Source of the DNA: an uncultured Planctomycetaceae bacterium
GTDB lineage: Bacteria > Planctomycetota > Planctomycetia > Planctomycetales > Planctomycetaceae
Direction: 5' to 3'
Length of the DNA stretch: 64,000 nt
Assembly: GCA_963815195.1 (NCBI GenBank)
Contig: CAWFGE010000012.1
Coordinates: 384,001 to 448,000 of the forward strand
Shown: piece after piece, positions 30,954-44,200 of the stretch
Position numbering within the stretch: the stretch's first letter is position 1
Layout of the letters: the number at the start of each line of letters is the position of its first letter
Made by a program: the position numbers and the translations under genes
Notes under the pieces: generated by a model
Told to the model about the DNA's origin: nothing
The model's database searches: none
Seen by the model: only the letters and a program-made list of their open reading frames with translations

Positions 30954-32958
30954 TTATGGGGGTTGTTGAACCGGCCGGTCGACGGAGTCTGTGGTGATCG
31001 TGCACTCGGGCAGGCTGTCCAGGAACAATCGCCCATAGCGTTTGGTCCGCACGCGGGGATCGAGAAGCACGACCTGCCCGCGGTCCCGCCGGCTGCGGAT
31101 CAGCCGCCCGAAGCCCTGCTTCAATTTGATGATCGCCTCGGGCACCTGGTATTCGAAAAACGGATTGCCCCCCCGCGCGGATCGCCTCCAGGCGGGCTTC
31201 CAAGAGCGGCTGGTCGGGCACGCTGAACGGGAGCTTGGTGATGATCACGTTTTGGAGGGCCTCGCCGGGCACGTCCACGCCTTGCCAAAAACTGTCGGCC
31301 CCGAACAACACGCCCCGCGGATCCTTGCGGAAGCGGTCGAGCATCAGCGACCGCGACAAGCCTTCGCCCTGGGCATACAGCGTGAACTTGTTCCGCTGAA
31401 ACCACGAGGCCAACCGATTCGCGCAGTTTTGGAGCATCCGATAACTCGTAAACAGCACAAAGGCCCGCCCCTCGGTTTGGGCGATGTAATATTTCAAGCG
31501 TTCGACGACTTCCGTTTCAAACGCGGCCGGGTTCGCGGACGGATCGGGCATGCCTTCGGGAAGCACGAGCCGCATCTGGGTCTTGTAATCGAACGGGCTT
31601 CCCAGCCGCATCACCTCCGCGGACGTCAAACCCAGGCGGTCCTGGATGAAATGAAAATCCTGCCGGCCCACCGCAAGCGTGGCGCTGGTCAAAACCGCCG
31701 TGGGAATCTGATTAAACAACTCCTCCCGCAAAATTGGCCCCAGATCGATCGGCGCGCACACCAGCTTGACGTTCTGGCGGGCCCGGTCCGTCGCTTCCAC
31801 CCAATACACGCAGTGCGGTTCGCTCTGCGTCAGCCAACTCTTGAGCATCCCCGCGATGGCCTGGCAGCGGTCGGCCTGGGCCGTCAACTCGATCGCCTCT
31901 TCTTCCCGCTTCAAATCCTTGGCATAATCCCTGATAGACTGGCCGAGCTTGGCAAGCGTGGGGCTGACGGGGTTGTTCACTTCGGGCGGCTCCCGCAGGC
32001 GGCCGTTGGACGATCCGTGCCGCTCCTGCCATTCGCGGACATCGTCGAACAAATCCCGCTGCTGAAACCGCAACTCGTGGACCATCTGCTGGCCGTGGCG
32101 GAGATCGTGATGCAACAGCAAACCCCGCCGGGAGCGGTCGTTGTAGAGTTTATTGAGGAGGAACTCGATCTGCCCGCTGGAAACCGACAATCCCAAATGA
32201 TCCCCGGCGACGGCTTCCAGCGTGTGGGCCTCGTCCAAAACCACCACATCATAATCGGGAAGCAGATTCGCCCCCTCGCGGCGAAGAGCGAGGTCCGAAA
32301 AGAACAGCGCGTGGTTCACCACCAGCAGATCCGCGTTCCACACCCGGCGGCGGGCCTGGTAATAGAAGCATTTTTGATAGGTCGGGCACCGCCGGCCCAG
32401 GCAGTTGCCGTGCTCGCTTTGGACTTCGCTCCACACGGCCGGCTGCGGGCGGAACTCGAGATCGGATCGGCTGCCGTCGGTCGTGCGGCCGGCCCAGCGG
32501 GCGATCTCGTCCAACTGCCGGATTTCCGCAGGCTCAGAAAACAACGCCACCGAGCGTTCCTGCGCCCCCTTCAGCCGCCGGAGGCTGATGTAATTCGACC
32601 GCCCCTTGACCAGCACCGCGGAAAACTCCACCGGCAGCACCGCATTCAAGAACGGAATGTCCCGCTGAATGAGCTGCTCCTGCAGGCTGATGGTGTGGGT
32701 CGAAATCACCAGCCGTTTGCGGTTTTCCTGTTTGCCTTCGGACTTGTTGTCGAGGACGGCCAGAATCGACGGGATCAGATAGGCGAAGCTCTTGCCCACG
32801 CCGGTGCCGGCTTCCACGAGCAGATGCGAGCGGTTCGTGATGGCCCGCTCGACGGCCTCAGCCATCTCCAACTGCTCGGCGCGGTGTTCGTAATGCTCGA
32901 GCCGCCGGGCGATCCGCCCGTCTGGTCCCAGCACCGAGCCAACGTTCAAATTCCCCAC
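30954..32958 (-). CDS. DinG/YoaA family Fe-S helicase (frameshift in the C-run near 31170)
   Basis: EAGTGVGKS, KGRSNY, C..C..C, VLDEAH, LTSATL, FWQGVDVPG, KLPF and KQGFGRLIR. Confidence 0.92.
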
Positions 32959-33109
32959 CAGCGTTTTCCTGACTGCCGATTTTCTACACGGGCCGCGCGA
33001 AACAAAACGAATGCAAAGATGGATCCAAGCCCTCGATTATCATAGTCGATTGAAGCGCGAAATGGGCAGGGCAAACCGCCAGGGTCGCGACTAGCAGGGC
33101 CGTCGGCAT

Positions 33110-33142
33110 AAAAAAAGCCCGGCTCATGAAAATGAACCGGAC
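33110..33142 (-). terminator. Orphan intrinsic terminator on the minus strand
   Basis: Minus RNA GUCCGGUUCAU-UUUC-AUGAGCCGGGC-U7. The two G:U pairs form only on this strand. Confidence 0.7.
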
Positions 33143-33513
33143 GATCAGCCGGATTGGAGTTCTTTATCGAAAATCGATTACCGATTGCCGGTGGTGCCGA
33201 CATCCGGCTTCCGCGTGGTTTGGGGCGCCTCGCCTCCGAACGAGGGATGTTGAAACGGCGACGGCGGGACGCTCACGACCTGGTCCTTCGCATGAATCTC
33301 CGACGCGATCAGGGCGGGACGGGTAGGAGGAAACGCAAAACCAACAGGCGGAGCATTTCACCGCTTGCGTTCGGTGCACAGGGCGGTTAGCCTTGCTTTT
33401 TCCCCAGAAAACCTCGTCTCTGCCCGCGAACAGACCGCTTCGTGTCTTTGTGGTAAAAACCGCGATGCAGAGCTGCGATTTTGACGAACAATGTTGATCG
33501 AGAATTCCACACC

Positions 33514-35211
33514 ATGAGTGAATACACCCAAGATGCCGATCGGTTGGACCGGGACCGGGAGATGATTGCCGATGCCCGCCGGCGCGGGATCGGGGCGAAA
33601 CTTTTGGCCTACACCAAACTCTCCGGCCCCGGCTGGCTGCAAAGCGCGATCACGCTGGGCGGCGGCTCGCTCGCGGGGAGCTTGTATCTCGGCGTTCTCG
33701 CCGGCTACAGCCTGATGTGGCTCCAGCCGCTCGCGATGATTCTGGGCATTGTGATGCTGAGCGCCATCGGCTATGTCGCCCTCTCCACCGGCGAGCGGCC
33801 GTTCCGGGCGATCAACCAGCACGTGAACCCCGTCCTCGGCTGGGGCTGGGCGATTGCGACCATGATGGCCAACCTCGTGTGGTGCATGCCCCAGTTCGCC
33901 CTCGGCACCGACGCCATTCGCAACAACCTCGCCCCCGAAATCTTGGGAAAAGAGGTGATGGGCGACGTACAGGCGAAGATCATTTGCGTGGGGATCCTCT
34001 TCGCCGTCGGCGTGACCATCGTCTGGTTCTACGATTCCGGGGCCAAGGGGGTGAAGATTTTTGAAGGGCTTTTGAAGCTGATGGTGGGCGTGGTCGTGGT
34101 GTCGTTCTTCGGCGTGGTCGTCAAAATGTCGCTCTCAGAAGGCGGCCTGCCTTGGGACGAAATCTTCGCCGGCTTTATCCCCGATCCCAATATGCTCTTT
34201 CAGCCGGCGGAGACTTTCCGCGAGCCGCTCGCCGCCACCGGGAAGTTCCGTGACTTCTGGACGGGCATCATCATGAACGATCAGCGGGACGTGATGATCA
34301 CCGCCGCCGCGACTGCGGTGGGCATCAACATGACGTTCCTCCTGCCGTATTCGATGCTCAAACGCGGCTGGGACCGGGACTTTCGGGGCCTCGCGATTTT
34401 CGACTTGTCCACGGGCCTGTTCGTGCCGTTCGTCCTGGCGACAAGCTGCGTCGTGCTCGCGGCCGCGACGCAGTTTCACGTCAAACCGGAATCGGGTTTG
34501 ATCGGAGTGGAAGGAGCCGAAGACCCCGGCCCCGGTGCCCGCAACGCGTTTTATGGAATATTGGATAGGCGGTTGAAAGCCCAAGTCGGCGACGAGACGT
34601 TTAAGAAAATGTCCGACAAAGACAAAGCCGCGGCCCGCGAGTCGCTGCCGATGGCGGACAAGAAAGTCGCCGCGATGCTGATTCGCCGGGACGCGTTCGA
34701 TCTCGCGAAATCGCTCCGCCCGCTCACCGGGGAAGGCGTGGCCCAATATGTGTTCGGCATCGGCGTGGTGGGCATGGCGATTTCCACGATCATTATTTTG
34801 ATGCTCATCAACGGCTTCGTCGTCTGCGAGATGCTCGGCCGGCCGTCCAACGTGACCATCCACCGCCTGGGCTGTCTCTTGGCGGGCGTGGTCGGAGCGG
34901 CCGGGCCCTTTGTGTGGGGCAATAAGGAAGCCCAGTTCTGGCTCGCGGTGCCCACGTCGGTGTTCGGCTTCGTGCTCTTGCCGATCGCCTACTCCACGTT
35001 CTTCTTGATGATGAACTCCAAGAATCTGCTCGGCGAGAACATCCCCCAAGGCGGCAAACGCTTGTTGTGGAACACGCTGATGGGCATCGCCGTCACCTTG
35101 GCCCTGTTGGGGAGCGCGTGGACGATCTGGAACAAAGCCGGCGTTTACGGCATCGCGGGTCTGGTGGCGTTTGCCCTGATCGTCATCCTCGGCCGCCGCA
35201 AGCAAAAGTGA
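33514..35211 (+). CDS. NRAMP-like divalent metal transporter (divergent)
   Basis: GPGWLQSAITLGGGS...G...GYSLMW, multiple TM helices, TAVGINMTFLLPYS. Confidence 0.75.
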   Translation: MSEYTQDADRLDRDREMIADARRRGIGAKLLAYTKLSGPGWLQSAITLGGGSLAGSLYLGVLAGYSLMWLQPLAMILGIVMLSAIGYVALSTGERPFRAINQHVNPVLGWGWAIATMMANLVWCMPQFALGTDAIRNNLAPEILGKEVMGDVQAKIICVGILFAVGVTIVWFYDSGAKGVKIFEGLLKLMVGVVVVSFFGVVVKMSLSEGGLPWDEIFAGFIPDPNMLFQPAETFREPLAATGKFRDFWTGIIMNDQRDVMITAAATAVGINMTFLLPYSMLKRGWDRDFRGLAIFDLSTGLFVPFVLATSCVVLAAATQFHVKPESGLIGVEGAEDPGPGARNAFYGILDRRLKAQVGDETFKKMSDKDKAAARESLPMADKKVAAMLIRRDAFDLAKSLRPLTGEGVAQYVFGIGVVGMAISTIIILMLINGFVVCEMLGRPSNVTIHRLGCLLAGVVGAAGPFVWGNKEAQFWLAVPTSVFGFVLLPIAYSTFFLMMNSKNLLGENIPQGGKRLLWNTLMGIAVTLALLGSAWTIWNKAGVYGIAGLVAFALIVILGRRKQK

Positions 35212-35256
35212 GCGGCGGGGCGCTAGCTCCCGGTGTTGTTTTTGATTGGTTTCATT

Positions 35257-38200
35257 TCACCATTCCTTGGCCAACAGAATCATGATTCTGTGATACCTGG
35301 GAAGTTCTCCGCTTACGCGCGATTGCCGAATCTGCTCCTCGAGTCGTTGAATCTTGGTCCGCACATCCTGAAACCGCGAAGGCCATTCGGTGCGGTGGAG
35401 TTTCTCGAGCGTCTCTTGGGCGTTCTTAAATTCCCTCTCGTGGATTTGCGCTTCCGCGAGATGCAACAGGCCGTTCGGTTCCAGCGACCTGAGCTCGGCG
35501 ACCTGTTTCCATTGATCGATCGCGTCCGCCCAGCGGTTTTGTTGTTCGAGCATCTCCGCAAAGGCCTGGTGATGCTCGGCTTCGCTGGGGGCGGCTTCGA
35601 CGATCGTCGTCATCGCCCGCTCGGACAGCGCATCGTCCGTTTTCAACCGCTCGGCCAGCTTTTTGTAAAGCTCCAAATTGTGCCGATCCAAATCGACGAG
35701 AGCCAGCGTCTCCTCGATGGCTCCTTTTTGATCGTGAATCGCATCGTAGGCTGCGATCAGTTTTTTGTGCGTTTCCACATCCGAAGGCTTGAGAGCCAAG
35801 GCGATCCGGTATTGCTCGATGGCTTTTTTGTAGTCCCGGCGCTCGGCGTAAACCATGCCGATCCGCTCCCGAATGATCGGGCTGTCCTCGTGTTCGGTCT
35901 CGGCTTTGTTGTCGAGGGATTGGACGTACTCATCCAGGTCCTTGGCGTTCTTCAGAACGTACTCGAGCGAATCCAAAGTCGATTCCCGTTGATTGTAACT
36001 CGGGCCCCAGGCCACGATGGCCGCGGCGGCGGCATCGACGGCTTCTTTCGTCTGGCCGAGTCCCGAATAGGCCCGCGCCTGGTTGCTGTAGTAGTTGGAC
36101 AAGGTCCCTTGCCCGATGCCGCGGTTGGCAGCCGTGCGCTGATGGAGCGGAATCACCTCACCGTAATATTTCACGGCCGCCTTGAACAATTCATTGTCCA
36201 AACAGCTTTTGGCCAACAGCGCAATATTCGCTTCCGTCCAGCGGCCGGCCTGCCGGAAGTGGGCATCGGTGTCGGCGAGGAGCTTTTGAAGCTGCTCATC
36301 TCGGGAGGAATGCTTGTAGGCCGTCATCAGCCGCGTGCGGTATTCCATCACGTCCGGATGGCGGTCCACCAAGGGTTCCAGGATTGGAATGGACTCCGCG
36401 TACCGCTTTTGCTCGTGCAGATAATCGCACAACACGATCTGCTGCGACGCATCCAACAGGTGCTGCTGATGGGCGATCAACAAAATTTCGATCGCCCGGT
36501 CGTGGCGCCGAAGCCGTGGTAAAGATATTTGGCGATGTAGACGACGGACCGGCCGGAATCCCGGCGTTCTTTCAACACCTCCTCGGCCGCCTTCGCGAAG
36601 TCGCCGGCCTTTTCCTTCCAGAAATGATCGCCGTGATTCCGGTCATAGAAATACCGCCCGCGCTCGTGCCGGGTCCTGAGATCCCGGCGAAGCTCATCGA
36701 GCACGATCGCCAGAATCCGCGGATCCAGATCGCCGGCGTTGTGGTTTAACTCCTTATGCCAGGCCGACATCGAAGAAGCCAACTGCCGCCAAGCGCATCG
36801 CCAGGTGTATTCATACCGTTTGGGATAATTCTCGTAGCGCTCGATCGCAAACTGGAGGCGCCACGCGCGGCCCGATGAGGCTCCGCAGCGTCTCCGCGGT
36901 CTGGCTGATGAGGTTGTAGTCGTTGTTCGTCTGCTTCTTCAAAAGCCCGGGCAGTTCCTTGAAGGCGAACTTTTTGAGATCGTCTTCGTAAGCGAACTTT
37001 TTGTCCCTGGCCGTGCTGTAAACCTGCAGGAGGAGATAGATCGTCTGGTAGCCGAAGTTCTCATCCCGGCTTTGGGCGGCCTGTTTGAGCAGGTGCTTTT
37101 CGAGATTCTGATACAACGTTTCCCCGCTGCCGAGCGAGACGAGCCCCTCCTCTGCCAAGGCTCCGCGATAACAGCGGTTTTGGCGCTCCAGCATCCAATG
37201 TTTCTGAGTGGGGTTCAGCGGATGATCGATCTGGGCCGTCAAAACGTCCTCAGCCTCGGCGAAGCGTTTGGCGGATTCGAGCAGAGTGACGTACCCCTCG
37301 AAAGGCTCGTTGGCATGTGCCGGCCAGCCGTCGGGATGCGTTGGCTCGTATTCGCGGATCGCGTTTTGCATCACGTTCAGGCCTTCCTCTTTTTCGTTAT
37401 GCGACCAGAACAGAGCATGGGCCAGATGCCAGGCGACGAACAGCCGATCGTCGCTGCCGGGCTTCGTGAGCGTGTGCAGTTCGCGAAGCTCCCGCAGGCG
37501 TTCGGCGTTCAATTCCGCTTGTTGGATCGTGCCGAGCGAATCCAGAAGGTCGGCCATCTGGCGAACTTCCCCGTCGGCCCATTCCCGCTCAAACGCCCGC
37601 TTGAGTGCTCGGACCGCCGCTGCGATATGCGGCCCCGGTTGATTGAGGACTTCCGCAGACCGCCGTTCGATCATCGCCTCCAATAAATCGAGCGCCGGAG
37701 ATCCGCAGGCGATTCGCACCGGGCCCGGACTTCGCCGATTCGTTTGAGGATTTCATCCGCGGTCGCTTCGTTGTGGATTTCAAAAAGCAGGTTCGACTGC
37801 AGGTTCTTGAGGAACGGATAAATCTGCTGCGGCGTGCGGCCGGTGAGGGCGTCCGGGATCATCTCGAGCAGCCGGAAATCCCGGCAGGCCGTGTAGAACT
37901 CCCGCAGCTCGTAAACATAATTTTCGGGCTGGTTGCTCTTTTCGGAAGAGAGCCCGGAACGCGAACAGCACGTCTTCATCCAACTCCGCGGGCAGGGGCT
38001 GAGCGGTTTGATACCACGGCGTTCGCTTCCCGCGGATCCAGTTGGAGATCTGGTATTCCGGCATGGATTTGAAGACCTCCACCTTGGCCCGGCGGTAGTC
38101 GGCTTTCCGGTCCAGGGCCAGGTACCAGTTCGCCATGGCCGCGTCATCCGCGGGCGAGAGCTGCGACTCGCGCTCGACCGTTTCAAACAGCCGAATCGCC

Positions 38201-41200
38201 TCGGCGAGTTTTCCCCGCTCGGCCGACAACCGCCCGAGCGCCAACTGCCAGGGCGCGGGGAATGGATCGGTGCGAATCCACTCGGTCAATCGGCGTTCCA
38301 ATCCCTCCGGCTGATCGAGCGCGATCAACAACCCAAACTCGGCCCGCTTCCAGGGGGCGGCGGCATCGCCCTCGAACTTCAAACCCGCCGCGATGTATTT
38401 TTTCAACCGCGCGACAAGTTCCGCCGGTGCCGACCGCCGCACGGCGAGGTAATTCAATGTCACAAACGCCCGCTGCTTGCGGAGGTCTTCGATCAACCGC
38501 CGGCGGGCCGATTCCTGTTGGCGCTCATCGAACACCGGCTCCGCGGTTTTCTCCGGCTTGGGTTCATCGCCCAGCATGTCCCAGCAAACTTTCGCCGCCT
38601 GATCGAAATCTCGGCCGAGCTTCAAGTCCAGATCGACGCGTTCGAGCTTGATCCACCCGAGCAATTCCTCCCGAACGGCCGTTTCATCGCCGGAACGCTT
38701 TTCATCGGCTTTCGCATTCCAACCTTCGGCCAAGCGCTTGGCGACACCTTCGCGGGCGGCTTTTTGGAACCCGGCTTTCTTCTCCGCCAGTTCCGTGCGG
38801 GTCAGCTTTTCGGGATGGCCTTCGTCCTGGAGTTTTTTCAAATCGGCCTGATAGCGGGCCTCGAGCATGCGGTCCACGAAGCGATGCAGCGCATGGATCT
38901 GCACCGCCATGCGCTGCGACACGGTCGGAGCGGTCCAATAGGAATTGCCCGACAGCCGATCGATGAGCGAAAACGCCTCGGCTTCGTATTCCTCCCGCCA
39001 ATCGCGGGACAAGAGTTCGTCGAACAGAGCCTGGCGGTGCAGCGAAATATAATAGGGATCACCGGCTTTCTCGGCGCGGGCCAGCCGTTCCCGCAGGAAG
39101 GACAGCGATTCGACGTTCTCATAATGCCACTGCGGCGCGTAGATCTGCATCAGTGCATCGCCCAGTTGCTCCCGCTCGGTTGCCTCTTTCGCGGCCTTCC
39201 AGCGCTCGTGGAGCGTCTCGGCGATTTGTTTCCATTCGCCGGTGCTGAGTTCCTCGCGGCCCGAGAGCCAATTCACATAACTTGAGAGAAACCGGGCGGG
39301 CAGCGTGTCCGCGGAGGTTTTCAGCCGCCGGGCGACCTCGGCCATCACGCGGCCATATTCGTCGGAATCGCGGAAGCGGTCGTTGTCGATGATCCGCGAA
39401 GCGGTGTGAAAATAATACTTGTGATCCAAAAAGAACACCGCGGTCTCTTCCAAAGGCCCCAGCCACGCGGGATCAAGCCAGTCCATCGACACCCGATACC
39501 GCTGGCCCAGGGCGTAATCCACCGGCGCATTCAGCCGGGCCAAATCCGCCGGCTCCAACCGGCCGGGCACGCGGCCCGCTTTGAGCCAGGCTTTCGCGGT
39601 CTCGTCGGCATCGTCCGTGCGGTTGGCGAAGATCAACCCACTCAAGTACTGCTCGTAAGGCTGTGATCCCGCGGGGTCCGTTTCGATCCATTCCTTCAAA
39701 AACGCGACATAGTCCTCCTCACGGCCTTGCTGATACAGATGCTCGGCATAGGCCCCGCGGAGTTGCTGCGTTTCATACTCCTGCCGGTCGGGTTTCCGGG
39801 CGATCTCCTGCCGAAGCCATTTGTAGGCGGCCTCGTAGTCGCCCGCGTTGACTAAGTCCTGCGCATAAACCGTTTGCGCGGACGCATCCCAGGGAGCCGA
39901 CGCCGCGAGGTCTTTTTGCAGCTTCAAGACTTCTTCCGTCCGCCCGAGGCTGCGGAGAGTTTGGGCCCGGCGGGTTTTCCAACTTCGCTCGGCGTCCGCG
40001 GTTTTCGGCTGGCGATCGAACACCGGCCGCAGGCGATCCAAGAGCCTGAGTTGCTCGTTGGAATCGAGAATCTGACCCGCCCGGTCGAGCGCGGAATTCG
40101 CCAGGAACAGCTCATCCGCCGGCTTTGCGGAAACGATTCCGTCGGCGATGTTTTGAAACAGCAGCCGAGCCTCGTCGTAATGCCGGGCCCCGATCAACAC
40201 GGCCGCGCGGATCCACTTCAGCCCCGATTGCTGGGGACTCAATTCTTCCATCGCTTTGAGCTGTTTGAGCACCTCGTTCCATTTTTGAATGAGAGACGAG
40301 CGGAGCAAGAGCACCAGGCGGTCTTCAAAATCCGCCGAGCCGGCCGCGACGGCTTTCTCGGCATCGCGGAGCGAAGGCAGGGGCAGCGTAAGCAAGCGGA
40401 CCTCGTCGCGGTTCGGGAGTTCCTGATTAAAACGCTTTTCAAAGCCGGCGTCATCCAGGAGCTTGACCGTTTGGGTGCTGACCGAAGTCGGCCGCGATTT
40501 GTCGTCGAACGATTCCATTTTCCCCGGCCACCACACGCCGCCGACTTGGACGTAATCGCTGTATTTGGTGGAAGACGACGTTTTGCCGTGCGTTTGCCAG
40601 GCAAATTCCAGGATGACGTTCCGCTCGGTGTCGATGGTCACGACGATTTGCGAGTCGGTCTGGTCGCGGTAGGTCAACGTCAGCACCGCGCGGTCTTTCG
40701 CGGGGTGATCGACTTTGACATTGTAGTCCCGGTAGGTTTCGTGAAGACCCGTGACGGCATACAGCCGTTCGCCCGGATGGAAGGATTCCAGATCGCCGGG
40801 GAACGATTTGCGGACCCGGCCCAACTGGAACGCCCGCGACGCCACGCCTCGTTCTTTGGCGGTGCACCACGCGATGAGGGTTTGCGAGCCGGCCGATTGC
40901 GTGCCGTGCAGCCAGCGTTTCGGTGCAAAGAGTTGCCGAGTGTCCGATACGCCGGTCTCGCGGTCCCAGATCGAATCCCGGCTTTCCGCATGCTGGGCGA
41001 TTTCCAATCCGCCTGATTTCAAATCGAGAGGCTGAATGAGGTTCTGGGAAATCTCGAGCGCCTCGCCTGTCCACTTTGGTTTCTGCGGCATCTTTTTTCC
41101 CGGCGGATTGGGGAGCGCCGGAAAGAGTTGATCGATCCACTGCGTGTAGTAGTTGCTGTAATACGAGGACCGCGCCCCCCAACGTTCTCCGCCTCCCATC

Positions 41201-44200
41201 CCGCTGCGTTCAAAGAATTGAGAGGATGCAAGGTTTTCCTTGAGGTCTTTTTCTGTGCCGCCCAGGGACCAAAGGCTGGAACCATCGACGCCTGCGAACT
41301 TCCAACTCGACGCGGCCCGATCTTTCAGATCGACATCATCAATCCGTGGCTTCATTTCTTCACGAAGCTCTTCCCCGTCCCATGCCGTGGTTTCGTCCGC
41401 GGGTGTCGGATTGAAGATCGTCAAATCCCTTCCGAGAGATTCCCCGCTTTCGCTCGAACGGTGGTCTTCAATCGACTGGGTTTGACTGACAATCAGGCTT
41501 AATGACTGATTGAATTCGTTGATCTCACCGCCGCTGACGTTGGCCCAGCCGCCCATCCCGCCAGCGTCGCCGAGTTCCTCGCCGTGTGCAAAGTACGGCG
41601 TGCCGCTCATGGGCTGGTTCTGCGGGGGGCCGAAGGCCTGGGTTTGAAGGTGCTGGGTCAGGTGTTCGAACAGTTTGGAGCTTCGCCCCAACTGGGCAAA
41701 GCGGGCCAGGACATGCCGGCGAAGTCCCAACCGCCAATCGCCCGCGAGCTTCATCTGCTGTTGGAGGAGTTCCATGTGAGACTGGTCCTTGCCTTCCGCG
41801 AAGAAGCGTTCGCCGTCGCGCATTTCGTACCGCCGTTTGACGCCGAACCGCTCGCGGTCCGTATCGGATTCCAAGACCAACAGCGACGTGTAAGGCGTGA
41901 TGATGTGGAACTCCTCCGACAACGCGATGATCTGGTCTTTGATGAAGGAACTCTGCCCCTGGGCGAGGAGATGATCGAGATGGGCCCTTGCCCAGAGCCT
42001 GGGAATGAAGGAGTTCCCGGCCTCGGCGTTTGCCAGGTCAATCCGCGCGGCAAACTTCACCGGTTCGCCGTCGCGCTCGCCGCGGATGATGATCTCGCCG
42101 GATTGAGACTTGCCCTGCGGCAGATAGCGGCCGATCAAGATTTGCTGCGTGCCCGCGGCGAGGTTGGGCAGTTGCTCCGGATAAACCGCCGCGACCTGGA
42201 GGCCCCGAAACTCAACCTGCAAATCCCGCAGCCCCGGCTGGGCGATTTCGTTCAAGAGTTCAAACGCGGTCTTTTGCGGAGTCTGCTCGCCGCCGATGTG
42301 CCGCACCGAACCGCCGCCCACGCGGGCGACCGCTTTGAGCACGGCCGACTCGAAACTGTTCCCCACCGAGACCGCATGAAACGTGCCCCTGCGTTTTTTG
42401 TCCGTCAATCGTTTGAGGCGGTTGATGAACTCCTGCGGGTCGGCATTCCCGGAAGTCACGATGCCGTCACCGATATAAATCACATGCGTCTTCTCACCAA
42501 GCCGATTGAGCACCGACTCGGCCATGCGGTCCAGATTGGTCCAGCCCAGCGAGATGCGGTCTTTGAGCCAGTTTTGCGCGTGGGCGATCGCCGGTTGCCC
42601 GTCTTGGCCGGCTTTGATCGGTTCCTTATAGACCCACGTGCAATCGACGTCGCAGGCCGCCAGGTTGAAGCGGTCGTCCGGCCCCAATGCATCGAGCAGG
42701 CTTCCCACGAACTCCGCTTGCTGTTTGCGTTTTTCCGAATCCATCGACGCCGAGGTGTCGCAGACCAACAGCAGTTCCAGCGGCTTGCCGTCGGGCAGGA
42801 GTTCGCGCTGCCAATTGCCCGCGGGTCCGGGCGGCGTCAACTCGACAAGAAAGTACCCGTCTTCGCCGCGCTGATGCGGGATGACCACGACATCGGAGTT
42901 TTGGGAATCCAATTCGCAGACGATTTCAAAATCCCGGTCGGGCGTGTATTCCTGTGCGGAAAACTCGAGCTTCGCCGAGTGTGTCGCGAGCTGCGAACGC
43001 ACGGCATGCGTGGGGCAGTCCACGGACTTGATGGGGATCGCCGAGTGAATCTGGACATCGAGCGACAACTCCCGCAACGGCGTTGTCCGCAGAAGCTCGC
43101 TCCGCAGGCCGTAGGAATAGCGGTAACGGTTCCCCCGCAAAGGCAGCACCTGCGTGTAGACGATGCGGATGCGTTTTTCGGAATGGGCGGGGATGGGATA
43201 TACGCGGGCTTTGAAGATGTTGCCCCCCGTCCATTCCAGCAGGCCGGGGTCTCGCTTTTCGCGGAGGATGGTTTCGTAGATTTCGCGGGCCCGCTGCTTC
43301 TCGACGACGTCCGCCTCGATCAGTTCGCCGCCGATCCACATCCCGAACCCGCTGATCGAAGCATCCTCCGGCAGCGGGAAATGGAATACCCCTTCCAAGG
43401 TGCCGGCCGTGCGGTTGATGAATGATTCTTCGATCGTCGTGCGGGCGATCTGATCGCGGATCTCGACCTGCACCTTATGAAAGCCCACCGACAACGGCAC
43501 ATTTCGGCCATCGATCTTGGCGATCAGCGAACCGAGCGATTCGTTCGAACTGCTGCCTTCGTATCCCGCCAGCCACACCGGAGTGCTCGCGACTTTTTTG
43601 AAGGTGCGGTCCCATTGGAGGAAATAGTGAGCCGACTCGCCCTTGGCGATCGTCACGGTCTGTTTGTCGGGGCCGAGCAATTCCAGCGGCCGGTCCGCGG
43701 ACTTCGTGCCGGTGATCTTCACCTCGCCCGCATACAGCCGGACGCGGTGCGGGGTCTGGAGTTCGATCAAAGTCCCCGGCCCGACGATCAGTTGGTATTC
43801 CGAAGTGAGAAGGGCGGTGACGGCATTCGCGCCGCGAACGTCCGTCCGCAGCCAATCGCCCGGCTTGACGAGCAGTCTGCCGGCACACCGGCGTCCAGCG
43901 GCGGCTCAACTTGGGCTTCAACGTGACGATGCCCTGCGAGTCGGTCAGCTTTCCAATCCGCCCATCTTCCGAAAGGGATTTGGCGACGACGAATTTCGAT
44001 TCATCCACGGGCACATCGCGGGCCACCAAGGCGAGTTCCGCAATCGGGGCGGATTTGCGTTTCCCGGCCGGCCAGAGCGCCAAAGTTTGGAGTTCGCCCG
44101 TTTGGGCGTCGGCGAGGGCTTCGACCAAAACCGCAGGCTTCCGATCCCGAGCGGTCATGCGAAACACCCGAAACCGCTTGCCTTCGCGGTCCACGATGCC

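Noticed and set aside
31042..33045. Long antisense ORFs (also 21013-22464, 41584-43425, 55627-57333 and others)
   Set aside because: These are high-GC shadow frames opposite well-supported genes and carry no recognisable motifs.
33060..33110. CAGGGCAAACC as a c-di-GMP-I riboswitch
   Set aside because: The GAAA tetraloop and the GACGCAAA / P2 elements do not follow.
33300..33513. yybP-ykoY Mn riboswitch upstream of the NRAMP gene
   Set aside because: The conserved GGGGAGTAG / CGTCAA / GAGACC elements were not found.
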